Shown here: one piece after another, positions 1-11,849 of the stretch
Position numbering within the stretch: the stretch's first letter is position 1
How the letters are laid out: the number at the start of each line of letters is the position of its first letter
Notes under the pieces: generated by a model
The model's input: the letters and a program-made list of their open reading frames with translations, nothing else
Databases searched by the model: none
What the model was told of the DNA's origin: nothing
Assembly: GCA_043228905.1 (NCBI GenBank)
Contig: JBHGNT010000016.1
Location: 10,664,001 to 10,728,000, forward strand
DNA: 64,000 nucleotides
From: Azolla caroliniana
Taxonomy: Eukaryota > Plantae > Polypodiophyta
Direction: 5' to 3'
Program-made: the position numbers and the translations under genes

Positions 1-120
1 AGAAAAAGGTAAAAAGGGAGGCGGAGGAGAAAGAGGCAAAAGAGAACTGAACCAACAAACTGGTTCGTAAAAGGACGTGGGTAGCCAGCCAGCCCTTTGT
101 CACCAAAGTATATCTATACC

Positions 121-150
121 GTATGTATGTATGTATGTATGTATGTATGT
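121..150. repeat. (TATG)n microsatellite (second run at ~526-551)
   Basis: gtatgtatgtatg... read directly. Confidence 0.9.
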
Positions 151-2037
151 ACGTATAATAAAAGTAAGTAGCATTTCTTTCTTTGTGCGCGCGCACACAC
201 ACAGAGGGAGGGAGGGCCAGAGGAGGAGAGGGGAATGAAGACAATGAATTGAATTAGAGTTGAATGAATGAGTGAGTTGCTTTATTTACTCCATTCATTC
301 GTATGTATATCCAATCCAACCACAAAAGATGATGAGATGAACAACCAACCTTTCTCTCTATGTCATCAATTCACCTATACATATATCATTATATGATACC
401 TTTCTTATTTACACACATGAGTCATGCATGCATGCACCTTACAGGCCATGCATGGCCCATGCCACCGCACGCGCACTCAACTTAGCACGTAAAAACAACT
501 ACGACATTCTCTGTCTCCATGTGCATGTATGTATGTATGTATGTATGTATGTCGATCGCATAAAGGGAATGAACGCTTGCCAATCTTCTTTGATATTTCA
601 TTCTCCCAACACCATCATCCCCAAAACAAAAGACAAAGCGAAGGATATGCAATGTCTATAATTTTTCACTTCCCCTCCAATTATTTGGCGGATGCATTGA
701 TGTACCCACTCTTTCTCTCTATCTCGACTTGAATCAAGCTCCGGCTACATTTTCCTAGTGCAATTTATCCATGGACTTTTCTCTTCATTAATCTCCAACA
801 ACTAGGCACAACACTCTTGTTTATTTAAACCCCTAAGTTTAATATATACCAACAACACTTCAAGTGGATCTTCTTTTTTACCATGAGAATGTCACACTGA
901 ATCATCCAATGTTTGTTTGCATGCTAGGTGCCAAACCTTGGGTTTTGAGGCTTGTAATATGGTATCTCTTTCACATAATGCCAAACCTAAGTAATATACT
1001 ACTAGCTTTCTATGTCCCATTCATTTGCTCTCAACGCCCATGTGGTGAATGCTTAGGTCGATGGAAGGTTTAAATTTTCTCAAGATTGGTAATTGACTAG
1101 ACTTGATATTTTCTTTCTTTTGCAAGGGGTGCATGTGTCTCCATGGCAAATGTTGCATTGTATGTATGGTCTGAGCATACTATGTTGTCAAAGTCTTTCA
1201 ATATACGTGCATCATATCCATTGTACACAAAAACCTCATAGTCAAATGAGTGTTTGGAAATTATAGGATGGTGTTGGGGTCCTCAAGGAGTAGGTGAGAC
1301 ATGGTTCAATCCTACTCCTCGACCTTTAGTCCATTGATTAGATTATTTCCACATAGTTATGTCTACATTGTATAAGAATGCATTGCCGTGTGTGTTACTT
1401 ATTGGACGATACTTTATCAATATACACATGTGCAACTTCAACATTTCAGCATCTAAATAGCTTTGACGCTATAATATATATACTTTGACGATCGGTGTGC
1501 CTATCTATGCAGGATAGGCGTCCTTTGCACATCTAGACACAACCATGCCTAGAGACATTGCAACAACCCCTAGAAATTGATTAGAGATATTGTATGTTGG
1601 TGTTTGTATTATTACTAGTTAATGACTTTCAAACATCATGCCACAATGCTCATATCCCTATTTATTTTTCTTTCTTAACTAAGTGCATTTCACCACAAAA
1701 CATGGAATGCTTATGCATGTGAACTCAAACCACTCCAATAAAATATTGAAGTCATTTTATTTGAGCACATTTATTTGCTTGTAATAATATTATCAAACCA
1801 TTCTTGATTTTAATGACATAATAGAGCCAAATAGGGTTTGACATGCCATCAAAAGTGGTTCACCATGTTTATAATTAAGAAGCAATAAATGGCCACTACA
1901 AAAAATGTCGAATCTCAATAGCCGAAAAATTTGTTTTACCTACATAAAAGACATATAGAATTCTTTGTAAGCGTGTAAAACTCAACTTATTATTGAGAAA
2001 GAGTTTTGATAATGTGTTTATCTTTTGCCCATGCGTG

Positions 2038-2232
2038 CATGCCAAAAGAGAGATTATATTAGTTAGGGAGGAGTCAGCACATAATGTTAGGCATGCCATG
2101 CCGCGTGGGCGATGTATGGAATCTGGATGTAATAAACATGCCAGAAGAGAGATTATATTAGTTAGGGAGGGTTTAGGGTATAATGTTAGGCATGCCGCAT
2201 GGGCAATGTATGGAATCTGGATGTAATAAACA
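2038..2232. repeat. Two-copy tandem duplication of ~95 bp
   Basis: catgcc(a/ag)aagagagattatattagttagggagg...gtatggaatctggatgtaataaaca at 2038 and 2137. Confidence 0.85.
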
Positions 2233-3629
2233 CACACACTCGAAGCGGGTGTGCCCGTTTTTGACAACATCTCCACATTAATGAATCATAGGTACCATGT
2301 GTACACATATACATATCTATACATCAAATTGAAATTTTTCGTTATGTATTATGTATTAAGTGAATTGATATTAAATCAACCAATTTCACATTAGCGTAGA
2401 AAGGCGGGCAAATGAAGATAGAGCATTTGACAAAATTATAAGAATGCTAGCCATGCATGTTTCTATTTCCTTTTATCTTTGTTTTTAACCTTCCAAAATT
2501 ACAACACTCCTTGTTGAAATGTAATCAATATTTCAAATATTCTACAGCTCTTGGTGTGGACTATCAAATGTTCCGTTACATTAGGAAGGGGAAAGTTCCA
2601 AAAGTTTATTGCAATGTTTTTTCCACAATGTGTGACTCCATGAAGTATATAGATATATATATTTTTTGTGGATAGGGATAGGTCAAGTGACACCACCCAT
2701 TACTACATGGTCATATATAATTGATTGTGTCATGCGTATACATGGAAGTTCACCCATTTGACAAATTGCATATACACAAGGAACACCAAAACATATGGAA
2801 AACTTAGTACAATATGCAGTGGACTAATGGCACACACGACAATGTGTGCACATAGTGAACATTTTGTAAAATGTGCAATGTTACCACTTGGGGAATGCTT
2901 AAACTTTAGCATACACAATCTAATGAATCATCTCTCTCTCTCTCTCTCTCTCATGATCACACTTCTATCGTTCTTTCTTGTTTTAATTTTAACTAGCACA
3001 ATTTAGTAATTTTAAATGATAAATTCATCCACTTCCTCTCTCTTCCACTCTTTCACTCCCACTATTTCTCTATTGCACACTCTCTATTTCTCAATGCTTA
3101 CTAATCACTAACAATTTTAAATCACTATTTCCTATGTTTCACACTTATAATCCATCTATTGTGCATTATTTTGTGGGTGAAGTAGTGATTAATACCTTTC
3201 TCAACTATTGGATTATGAAAATGGTGCATCTCAATATATATTGTTTCCATTAATGAAGGTGGCAATGTGTGAACGTGTCAAACATGCAAAAGCCAAGAAT
3301 GTGTGAAAACCTTTTTATAGCATAATCAAACACATGCATGCATGCTACCTCACATCTATGCATGATTGACACTTATCGTTCTTGTAAACATGTGATTTGC
3401 CATTCATTCACTAGAATGTGTGAAGTGATGGTATCCAGGGCAGGAATTGATTCTGGCAAACCGGAATCTAGCCGGTTTATATTTTTGAACCAGCTATTTA
3501 TATAGTTTGTGTAAAAAAGAAAGGTAACAAAAAGACTTTCTCCCTCTTTCCTCCTTTTTCCCCCATTTTTCTGTTTCAATTTTCCCCTCTTTTAGTTTTT
3601 TCTCCCTCTAGGCGTGTCTATATGTGATT

Positions 3630-4140
3630 TCCTGCTCGCTGCTTCCTCGCTAATCGTTGCTCACTGCTCGTTACTCCTTCCTCGCTCATCATTGCTCCTG
3701 AGTCCTTCCTCACTGATCGATGCTTGTTAGTTGATGCCCCTTCCTCATTGATTGTTGCTCACTAGTCGTTGATCTTTCCTCGATGCTCGTTGATCGTCGC
3801 TTAGCGCTCGTTACTCCATATTATGGAGTGAGTGCACATGTGTTTGTATGTGACTTCTTGCTCGTTGATCGTTGCTCGTTGCTCCTTCCTCGTTGATCAT
3901 TGCTCCTAAGTCCTTCCTCACTGATCACTGCTCGTTAATTGTTGCTCCTTCCTCGTTGATCGCGACATACTAGTCGTTGATCCTTCCTCGATGCTCATTG
4001 CTCCTTCCTTGCTGCTCGTTGATCACCGTTTAACGCTCGTTACTCCATATTGTGGGGCGAGTGCACATGTGTCTGTATGTGATTTCTTGCTCGCTGCTTC
4101 CTCCCTGATCGCTAATTGTTGCTCACTGCTCGTTGCTTCT
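3630..4140. repeat. Degenerate CT-rich minisatellite (tcgttgctcc/ttcctcg motifs) with higher-order ~200-240 bp duplication
   Basis: Recurrent gctcgttgctccttcctcg; gctcgttactccatatt...gagtgcacatgtgt occurs at ~3806 and ~4035. Confidence 0.75.
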
Positions 4141-4416
4141 ATCTAATGTGAAAGATGGCATACTCACATATATTGGATGTGATATTGTTACTCATTCGCA
4201 TCCATTGAAGTTTATACCAATTCCAAACCCAAAGGAGGTAACAAAACGATGAAGAAGACTAATGAGTGGTCTTGATAGTGAGAATGAAAATAACGATTTC
4301 AACTTGAATATGTTTCATGGTAATGTGGAACATGGTAGTTTGGATGTGTAAAGAAATGAGGAGCAAGAGTGGCTGAGATGTTGCTAGGACTCTGTGTGTG
4401 TGTGTGTACGTAAGGC

Positions 4417-4463
<47 letters not shown>

Positions 4464-4594
4464 AGACAGAGATAAAAGATTGTATATTACATTAACCAAA
4501 ATACTTCCAACAGTAACTAAGTTACAAGGGGTTGGTTTAAATACCAACTAAGCTAGGGTAAGTGCGCTTTCTACTATTTACAAAACTAGCCTGG

Positions 4595-5049
4595 TGTTAC
4601 GGGCATGACCATATAATATCCCGTGGTAAGAATTTACCGTAGTATTCTATACACGGGGATAAGTGTGAGGGTTAAACGAGAGTGTGAAGAAGGGGAGGAT
4701 TACTTTTAATCCTCGGGATTGAGACAACCCATTAGGTCAAGTGTGAACTTGCCTGGGGGCCTTGGGTATCGCTATAAATAAGAGGCCTAGCTACCCTCAT
4801 TGGATCATCTTTTGACTACATCGAGACTCTGCTCGTGTGGTGGGTCAACTCTTGTAGCGAGCGCGCCAGCACCAGGTACGACTCGACGCCACGGCGGTGG
4901 TATGGGACGCCGATCGAGGCTCGAGTCCGTCTCGATCCCTTCGCTCGGGGGTGGTCGGGTGGATCGGCACCCTTCTTTCTCTTTCTCTTTTCTATCTATC
5001 TTTTCATTATCCTTATCTTAAGCTTACATTAGTACTATGATCTATAATA
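4595..5049 (+). repeat. 5' LTR of chromovirus (TATA ctataaataa at ~4772)
   Basis: Direct repeat of 11161-11615; TGTTA...TAATA termini. Confidence 0.95.
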
Positions 5050-5051
5050 TT

Positions 5052-5061
5052 TGGTATCAGA
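5052..5061 (+). promoter_or_regulatory. Primer binding site, tRNA-iMet
   Basis: TGGTATCAGA 2 nt after LTR end; matches canonical plant iMet PBS TGGTATCAGAGC for 10 nt. Confidence 0.9.
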
Positions 5062-5297
5062 TTTTTTTTACTAATGTTTCTTTGTTTTTCATTTGTCTTT
5101 TGATTGATGCTGATCGATCATTGTGCGGTTGGCCTTGATCCAGACAACGATCAACAAAGAACTTCGGTAACTCTTTCCATATTTTTTTTTTCTATTCTCT
5201 CTTCTCCCATCTAATCATGTGTTTAGTTTATATGTAATTTTTTTCATTAAATCAATGATGTTGTAGTGGTCTTTAATTGATTATCTAAAACGTTTAC

Positions 5298-5565
5298 ATA
5301 TGTGCACGAGGTCAATACCTCGTTTGACATATTAATAATATGTGATGAGTGTCGTATGCGTACGAGGTTAATACCTCAATTACGTATTACGTTCACGAAC
5401 ATATGTTATGTTTGCGTATGAGTTTAATACCTTAATTTGTTGTAAACGATATGCGTTTGGTCTCGTATGCGTAAGAGGTCAATACCTCCATTGCGTATTA
5501 CGATGATCTCTTATTGGTGGATGTTTCGTGTGCGTAGAGGTATATACCTCGATTACGTATCTCGA
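5298..5565 (+). repeat. Array of five ~56-nt-spaced stem-loops (GAGGT-NNNT-ACCTC apex) in chromovirus leader
   Basis: Apex motifs at 5308, 5364, 5420 (degenerate), 5475, 5537 with extended complementary arms. Confidence 0.85.
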
Positions 5566-6739
5566 TCACATCATTTGTGGCTATTTAATATAATGATATG
5601 TTTAATATAGGCATATGTGGTCACATATATACGTATTTGATCGTATATATGTGAAAAGTAAACATATGTGTATATTCGTTATTACGTGATTATGTCGAAA
5701 GTTGTCATGGTCGGGAAAAGGATGTTGGTGGCCGTCCTCACATTTTTGTGAGAATGGCGTTGTCACCATTCCTTTTTCAACAATTTTTTATTGTTGACCA
5801 CCCCGTTGATGACCTCGATTTCATTACGTAAAGAAACGCAATAGCCATAATGATGTTGAGTACGTAGGGCTTGACCCACTTCAAGTGAGGTCGCTCCAAT
5901 GACGCACGTATCCAACATCCTTCCCTCGTTACATGGATACGATGCCACCATGAGCTCGCTCTTACGAGAGGCATTCGTAATGACGTGACCATGTGATGGC
6001 CCACGTGAGCCTACTACGAAACGAGGGCTCATTTGGCTTCACCATTAGGTTGCACTTTGGCGTATGCCATCGTAATTACGAGACTTGAGGTTAGGTAACG
6101 TACCAACATAGTGTTGGTAAATGAGGGCGAAATAAGGACCCTTGACATATACGTTCTTTTAAAAAAACGTATATGATCAATTGCCTCGCATATCTCTTAT
6201 ACGCATCAAACATTAAGCATTCGAGAAGAGCAACTTACTTGGTTGGCTCAAGTGTTTAATGTATTTGTTCTCGGGGTCTCGAGTTCAAATATGACCAAGA
6301 CCATACAACATCCTTGATACATATGACTATAACACATGTTTAGACTTAAGGTCTAAGTGCACCTCGGGGTCCTCGTAATAGGACTTAAAGAGCCGAAACC
6401 ACTTATGTGGGCACCGAAACATAGTTTATTGTTAACATTCTTTTTTCGTGTATAAACTATTCATGATGCGAACATACATGGTTGAGCCTCGGGGAGCCAC
6501 CATGAAAAAATCGATATAGAGATCAGGGAAAGACATTTATTTGTCACCCCCATGGTTTTTAAAACACCTTTGTGTTACCATAGTAACCTGATCTTGAACC
6601 TCATCTCATACGTCTAGAGGGGTATTGACGTGAGATAATGATATCGATTAATGCTCGCCCATGATATGTTTACATCACGACAAGATGTTATGACTATATC
6701 TCTGACCTTATCCTATTTCTTTTCCAGAAATAATCTTTA

Positions 6740-9700
6740 ATGGCTCAAATTAACGACCCGATGTCATCCGCTCAAGCGGAAGGAACTCAAGGGAATCCTC
6801 CTGGACAAATGTCCACTGAGATGTATTTGGCACAAATAACCCAATTCCTTAGTTTCACCGCTCAACAGATGACCGAACTTCGGCAATCTCAGAGTGCTCT
6901 TGAGGCACGTGTCATTAGTCTACAACGTGAGACTAATAGACCTGATGAGCGACAAGGTGAACCATCATTTGTCGTTAAGCCATTTACGGGAGACAAAAAG
7001 GAAAGAACCGAAGAAGCAATCTGCACATGGCTGGGACGATGGGAGTCTCATTTTGAGCTCTATCCCACGCCAGATAGTACGAAGATTGCATATGTCGGTC
7101 GAGAACTCGGGGGTAAGGCCGCCGCCTGGTGGCGTGGCCTCCGTACTATGGGGAAATTGCCCGATACCTGGACAGATTTTGTCACGGTTTTTAAGGGCCA
7201 ATTTCTGCAACCTCCCTCTCGAACCGAGGCAGCACAAGCTTTAATGAACCTCTCTAGCAGGAAATTTTCCTCGCTAGAAGACTATGTTCACCATGCTAGA
7301 ACCCAAATCCAAAAATCGGGTCTAGAAGGGGACAATTGGTTGATAGCTTGTTTTGTCAATGGCATCCCCAATTCGGACTATCACTGGATAGTGCATGATA
7401 AGGATCCAAAATCCTTCGAAGAGGCCGTTGAAATAGTTCTTCGCTACCAACGCACTTCGAAGAAGGACCATAACAAACCCAACGAAGCGCCCGGGACTAA
7501 GCAGTTGCAATTTGTTGGGAAACGCAAGACACCCAACGAATTCCTGGATCGCGATTGTAAGCGACAACATCCTTTTTGTGTATTCTGCAAAAAGAAGGGT
7601 CATACAAAAGATCAATGTCGAAAGCTCCAACGAAAAGAGCACGACAACAAAGCTAAAGCTGCAGACCATAAAGGTCAGATTCCTAATGTCCTTCAGGTCT
7701 ATACACACCATTTAAGTAATTGTCAATGTTCTTTCCCTCACTATGTATTGGGTCCCAATGATTTACTACGTGCAAACGGGTATATCAATGGATCTCCCGT
7801 ACAATTTTTATTTGATTCGGGAAGCTCACACAATTTTGTGAATGATCGTTTGGTTCAGATATGGGGAATCCAACCCACCGTAAGTGATCACACCTACACG
7901 GTGCACTTGGCTGATGGAAGAGTACAATACATCAACGGGGCGATTCATTCATTAGGAATTTCTATTGATACTTATATAGAGGAAGTAGACTTCCATGTAA
8001 TGAATCTTTGTACCACCGATGTAATACTGGGTTATCCCTGGTTTTATAATAAAAACTCTTCTTTATTTATTGATTGGGTTCGTCATTCCATTTCTTTTGT
8101 ACTGAACGATTGTACGCATTTTATTCAATGTGTAAAAAAACAATCCCTCTCGATTGTTTCCTCGTGTCCATCAATATCCGAGTTGTCTTGTTCTACGTTA
8201 TTTTATTGTGTACTTGATCCGGACATTCACGTTTACAATATCGATAATGTCCCGATTCAATTACCATATTTTGAACAACAACAACTTGATGAAATCTTAA
8301 ATGATTTTCATGATGTTTTTCCAAGTGAACTACCTGATGGGTTACCTCCTAAACGTAATATAGACCATCGTATAGATATTGTGCCTGGTGTTGCACCAAT
8401 AAGTATACCTCCGTATCGCTTAAGTCGATCCGAAGAAGATGAGGTATCTAAGCAACTCAAGGACTATTTACGAATGGGTTATATACGTTATAGTAAATCT
8501 CCATGGGGTGCACCAGTTCTCTTGGTTAAAAAGAAAGAGGGCACATGGCGTATGTGTATTAATTACCGACGCTTGAATAAAGTGACGATCAAGAATTCGT
8601 ATCCATTGCCCCGGGCTGACGATCTAATTGACCGTCTCCAGGGAGCTCGGTATTTTACGAAACTTGATCTCCGTACTGGCTACCATCAAATACGAATAAG
8701 TGAGGACGATGTTCCTAAAACGGCATTTCGTACGCGCTATGGCCATTACGAGTTTTTGGTTATGCCTTTTGGTTTGACCAATGCTCCGGCTACTTTTCAA
8801 CAAGAAATGAATGACATTTTCCGAGAACAACTTGGAAAATTTGTCGTTATTTTCTTGGATGATATTTTAGTTTATAGCCGTACATTACAAGAACATGCTA
8901 GACATGTCCGCTTTGTTTTACAAACATTGCGTGCCAAACAGTTTTATGCGAAGATCTCAAAATGTGAGTTCTTCAAGAAATCAATTACTTATCTCGGACA
9001 TCTCATAACCGAACGAGGAGTTGAAATTGATCCTTCTCGCATTGAGAAAATCAAGCTTTGGCCCACTCTTCGGAATATTCGAGAAGTTCGATCATTCCTT
9101 GGTTTTGTGGGGTTTTTGCGAAAGTCTCTTCGTAATTACTCCCAATTGACGACGCCGTTTACTGATCTTTTAAAAGGTCAAACGCGTAAGTCTACAAAAC
9201 CTATTGTGTGGAATGCTACACTAGACCTTGCATTTAAGGAACTCAAGGACCTAGTTTGCAAGGCTCCTTCACTTCTTTTACCTGATCCTTCAAAACCTTT
9301 TGAGGTTGAAACCGATGCAAGCGATTATGCTATAGGTGCTGTCTTGTATCAAGATGGTAAACCAATAGCATTCGAGAGTAAGAAACTTGATTCTGCTCAA
9401 TGTCGGTATACCGTTCAAGAAAAGGAATTATTTGCAGTTATACATGCGCTCAAAACATGGCGCCATTATCTTTATGGAAATCACTTTGTGGTAACTACGG
9501 ACCACGAGTCCTTGAAATATTTTTGTGACCAACAAGACCTGAAAGGTCGTAAGGCACGATGGGCTGATCTCATCCAGGACTTTGATTTTTCCATACGATA
9601 TCGTAAAGGTTCCATGAACATTGTCGCTGATGCACTAAGTCGCATCCGTGAAGTTAACACGCTTAGCTTCACTGAAATATCATCAGATCTTTATGATCAC

Positions 9701-10279
9701 CTTCGAGGAAAGTATCCTGATGACAGTTATTTCGCAAAATACTGGGCAAGAGTTGAGTCTGGAACAGACACCACCACATCCTTGAAGGAATACTTCCACA
9801 TTGCTAACGGTTTGCTCTACCGTAATGGGAAGGTTTGTGTTCCAGATTTACCCGAGGTCAAAAAGAGGATTCTTTTTGAATGCCATGATGCACCCTCAGC
9901 AGGGCACCCTGGAATACATCGTACACTCGTTCTCATCTCCACTCAATTTTATTGGCCTAAGATGCGTCCTGACATACATAGTTATGTGACTAAATGTCAC
10001 CAGTGTCAGGTTAACAAAGCCGAGCGACTTAAAGCCGCAGGACTTTTACATCCCTTGGACATTCCCAATAATAAGTGGGAAAGTATATCCATGGATTTTA
10101 TTGTTAGCCTTCCTCGCACCCAAAAAGGTCATGATGCCATCTGGGTTGTCGTTGATCGACTAACTAAAATGGCCAGATTTATTGCTACTAAAACCACGGT
10201 AACAGCTCCTGAATTGGCTTACCAATTCTTTGCAGGAATTGTTTCGTTTTTATGGGTTACCGATGGATATCGTGAGTGA
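6740..10279 (+). CDS. Chromovirus Gag-Pol polyprotein (Gag, CCHC knuckle, aspartic protease, RT, RNase H, integrase N-terminus); frameshifted near 10228
   Basis: [14 protein letters not shown]; [11 protein letters not shown]; [22 protein letters not shown]; [13 protein letters not shown]; H-x-GH...CHQC. Confidence 0.95.
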   Translation: MAQINDPMSSAQAEGTQGNPPGQMSTEMYLAQITQFLSFTAQQMTELRQSQSALEARVISLQRETNRPDERQGEPSFVVKPFTGDKKERTEEAICTWLGRWESHFELYPTPDSTKIAYVGRELGGKAAAWWRGLRTMGKLPDTWTDFVTVFKGQFLQPPSRTEAAQALMNLSSRKFSSLEDYVHHARTQIQKSGLEGDNWLIACFVNGIPNSDYHWIVHDKDPKSFEEAVEIVLRYQRTSKKDHNKPNEAPGTKQLQFVGKRKTPNEFLDRDCKRQHPFCVFCKKKGHTKDQCRKLQRKEHDNKAKAADHKGQIPNVLQVYTHHLSNCQCSFPHYVLGPNDLLRANGYINGSPVQFLFDSGSSHNFVNDRLVQIWGIQPTVSDHTYTVHLADGRVQYINGAIHSLGISIDTYIEEVDFHVMNLCTTDVILGYPWFYNKNSSLFIDWVRHSISFVLNDCTHFIQCVKKQSLSIVSSCPSISELSCSTLFYCVLDPDIHVYNIDNVPIQLPYFEQQQLDEILNDFHDVFPSELPDGLPPKRNIDHRIDIVPGVAPISIPPYRLSRSEEDEVSKQLKDYLRMGYIRYSKSPWGAPVLLVKKKEGTWRMCINYRRLNKVTIKNSYPLPRADDLIDRLQGARYFTKLDLRTGYHQIRISEDDVPKTAFRTRYGHYEFLVMPFGLTNAPATFQQEMNDIFREQLGKFVVIFLDDILVYSRTLQEHARHVRFVLQTLRAKQFYAKISKCEFFKKSITYLGHLITERGVEIDPSRIEKIKLWPTLRNIREVRSFLGFVGFLRKSLRNYSQLTTPFTDLLKGQTRKSTKPIVWNATLDLAFKELKDLVCKAPSLLLPDPSKPFEVETDASDYAIGAVLYQDGKPIAFESKKLDSAQCRYTVQEKELFAVIHALKTWRHYLYGNHFVVTTDHESLKYFCDQQDLKGRKARWADLIQDFDFSIRYRKGSMNIVADALSRIREVNTLSFTEISSDLYDHLRGKYPDDSYFAKYWARVESGTDTTTSLKEYFHIANGLLYRNGKVCVPDLPEVKKRILFECHDAPSAGHPGIHRTLVLISTQFYWPKMRPDIHSYVTKCHQCQVNKAERLKAAGLLHPLDIPNNKWESISMDFIVSLPRTQKGHDAIWVVVDRLTKMARFIATKTTVTAPELAYQFFAGIVSFLWVTDGYRE

Positions 10280-11174
10280 TCGAGATCCAAAGTTTACTAG
10301 TGACTTCTGGACACAAGTCTTTAAGAAGTTAGAAACTACGTTGAGCATGAGCTCCACGGATCATCCTCAATCCGATGGACAGACAGAACGAGTAAATCAA
10401 ATTATTGAGGACATGCTTCGAGCATACGTTGGTGCAAAACCAACAAAATGGGAACGTTATCTCCCAATTTTGGAGTTTGCTTATAACAGCTCCAAGCATA
10501 CGTCGACGGGATATAGTCCTTTTATGTTGATGTATGGTTTTCAGCCACGAGCCCCGATTGATGTTACTATACATCATGATGAGTTGCGAAGTACGCAAAA
10601 CTTTCTTCGGGATATGCAAGATATGTTGCATATTGCACGAGATAATATAAAAACAGCTCAAGATAGAGCGCGTTTTTATGCCGATCATCATAGGCAACCT
10701 CGTGTATTCAACCCTGGACAGAAGGTATTTTTACGTGTACCTCACAATTCTAAGACATTGTCTACGGGTAAGTGCGCTAAGTTAGCCCCACGGTTTTGTG
10801 GACCTTTTACAGTCCTCAAACGCATTGGGTCATCAGCCTATCGTCTCGCTCTCCCCGATGGTGTCGGAATTCATCCAGTCTTTCATGTGAGTCGTCTAAA
10901 AGAACTTCTAGGTTCTGGCGACAATACAGTTACGACTGAAACTCTGGTTACTTCTGAAGAATTATCTTCTAAACCACATGTACCAGAAAGAATTCTCGAT
11001 GTTAAAACAAAAAAATTACGTACTAAAGAAATCCGAGAATTTAAAATAAAATGGATGGATAAATCAATAAAAGATGCCACATGGGAACGCGAAAATACTC
11101 TTAGAACTAACTTCCCTAACTTTCCATTGCAAGAGTGCAATGTTTTAAAGAGGGGGAGTATGTTACGGGCATGA
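10230..11174 (+). CDS. Integrase C-terminus with GPF motif and chromodomain (continuation after 1-nt frameshift)
   Basis: [39 protein letters not shown]...FKIKW...DATWE. Confidence 0.93.
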   Translation: MQELFRFYGLPMDIVSDRDPKFTSDFWTQVFKKLETTLSMSSTDHPQSDGQTERVNQIIEDMLRAYVGAKPTKWERYLPILEFAYNSSKHTSTGYSPFMLMYGFQPRAPIDVTIHHDELRSTQNFLRDMQDMLHIARDNIKTAQDRARFYADHHRQPRVFNPGQKVFLRVPHNSKTLSTGKCAKLAPRFCGPFTVLKRIGSSAYRLALPDGVGIHPVFHVSRLKELLGSGDNTVTTETLVTSEELSSKPHVPERILDVKTKKLRTKEIREFKIKWMDKSIKDATWERENTLRTNFPNFPLQECNVLKRGSMLRA

Positions 11175-11615
11175 CCATATAATATCCCGTGGTAAGAATT
11201 TACCGTAGTATTCTATACACGGGGATAAGTGTGAGGGTTAAACGAGAGTGTGAAGAAGGGGAGGATTACTTTTAATCCTCGGGATTGAGACAACCCATTA
11301 GGTCAAGTGTGAACTTGCCTGGGGGCCTTGGGTATCGCTATAAATAAGAGGCCTAGCTACCCTCATTGGATCATCTTTTGACTACATCGAGACTCTGCTC
11401 GTGTGGTGGGTCAACTCTTGTAGCGAGCGCGCCAGCACCAGGTACGACTCGACGCCACGGCGGTGGTATGGGACGCCGATCGAGGCTCGAGTCCGTCTCG
11501 ATCCCTCCGCTCGGGGGTGGTCGGGTGGATCGGCACCCTTCTTTCTCTTTCTCTTTTCTATCTATCTTTTCATTATCCTTATCTTAAGCTTACATTAGTA
11601 CTATGATCTATAATA
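11161..11615 (+). repeat. 3' LTR of chromovirus
   Basis: Follows PPT; followed by TSD CCTGG. Confidence 0.95.
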
Positions 11616-11849
11616 CCTGGTATGTCCATGAGCTAGTATGAAACCTATTACTATGGGAAGTTGAGTTCAACTCTCAACACGTCCCTTTGAACACAACTTC
11701 CATTTGTCGAAAAGTTGTTTCGGTTCGGTCTTCGGAATCCGGCTTCCGGCATTTGTAATCCTCGAATTGGATTGTTCGGCTTTTCGGCTTCGTGCTCGGT
11801 TCGATTAACTACGTGTTGCGTACTCGATCAATTGCCTACAGTACTCCTC

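Larger units (their letters stand above)
4595..11615 (+). mobile_element. Full-length, very young Ty3/Gypsy chromovirus
   Basis: 455-bp LTRs 4595-5049 and 11161-11615 (one mismatch seen); TSD CCTGG at 4590-4594 and 11616-11620; PBS TGGTATCAGA 5052-5061; PPT aaagagggggag before 11161; gag-PR-RT-RH-INT-chromo order. Confidence 0.97.

Noticed and set aside
1-520. Possible promoter of a leftward gene (GA-rich start, RY catgcatg, cacgt motifs)
   Set aside because: Motifs are short and common; no transcript or CDS in the window supports it.
428-3579. Short ORFs in the first 4 kb as host genes
   Set aside because: AT-rich, microsatellite-derived, no recognisable domains or consistent exon structure.
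5298-5565. CRISPR array interpretation of the hairpin repeats
   Set aside because: Eukaryotic retroelement context, degenerate repeats, no cas genes.
10222-10240. Programmed frameshift in chromovirus integrase
   Set aside because: It falls inside the catalytic core and lacks a canonical slippery heptamer; a 1-nt insertion or assembly error is more likely.
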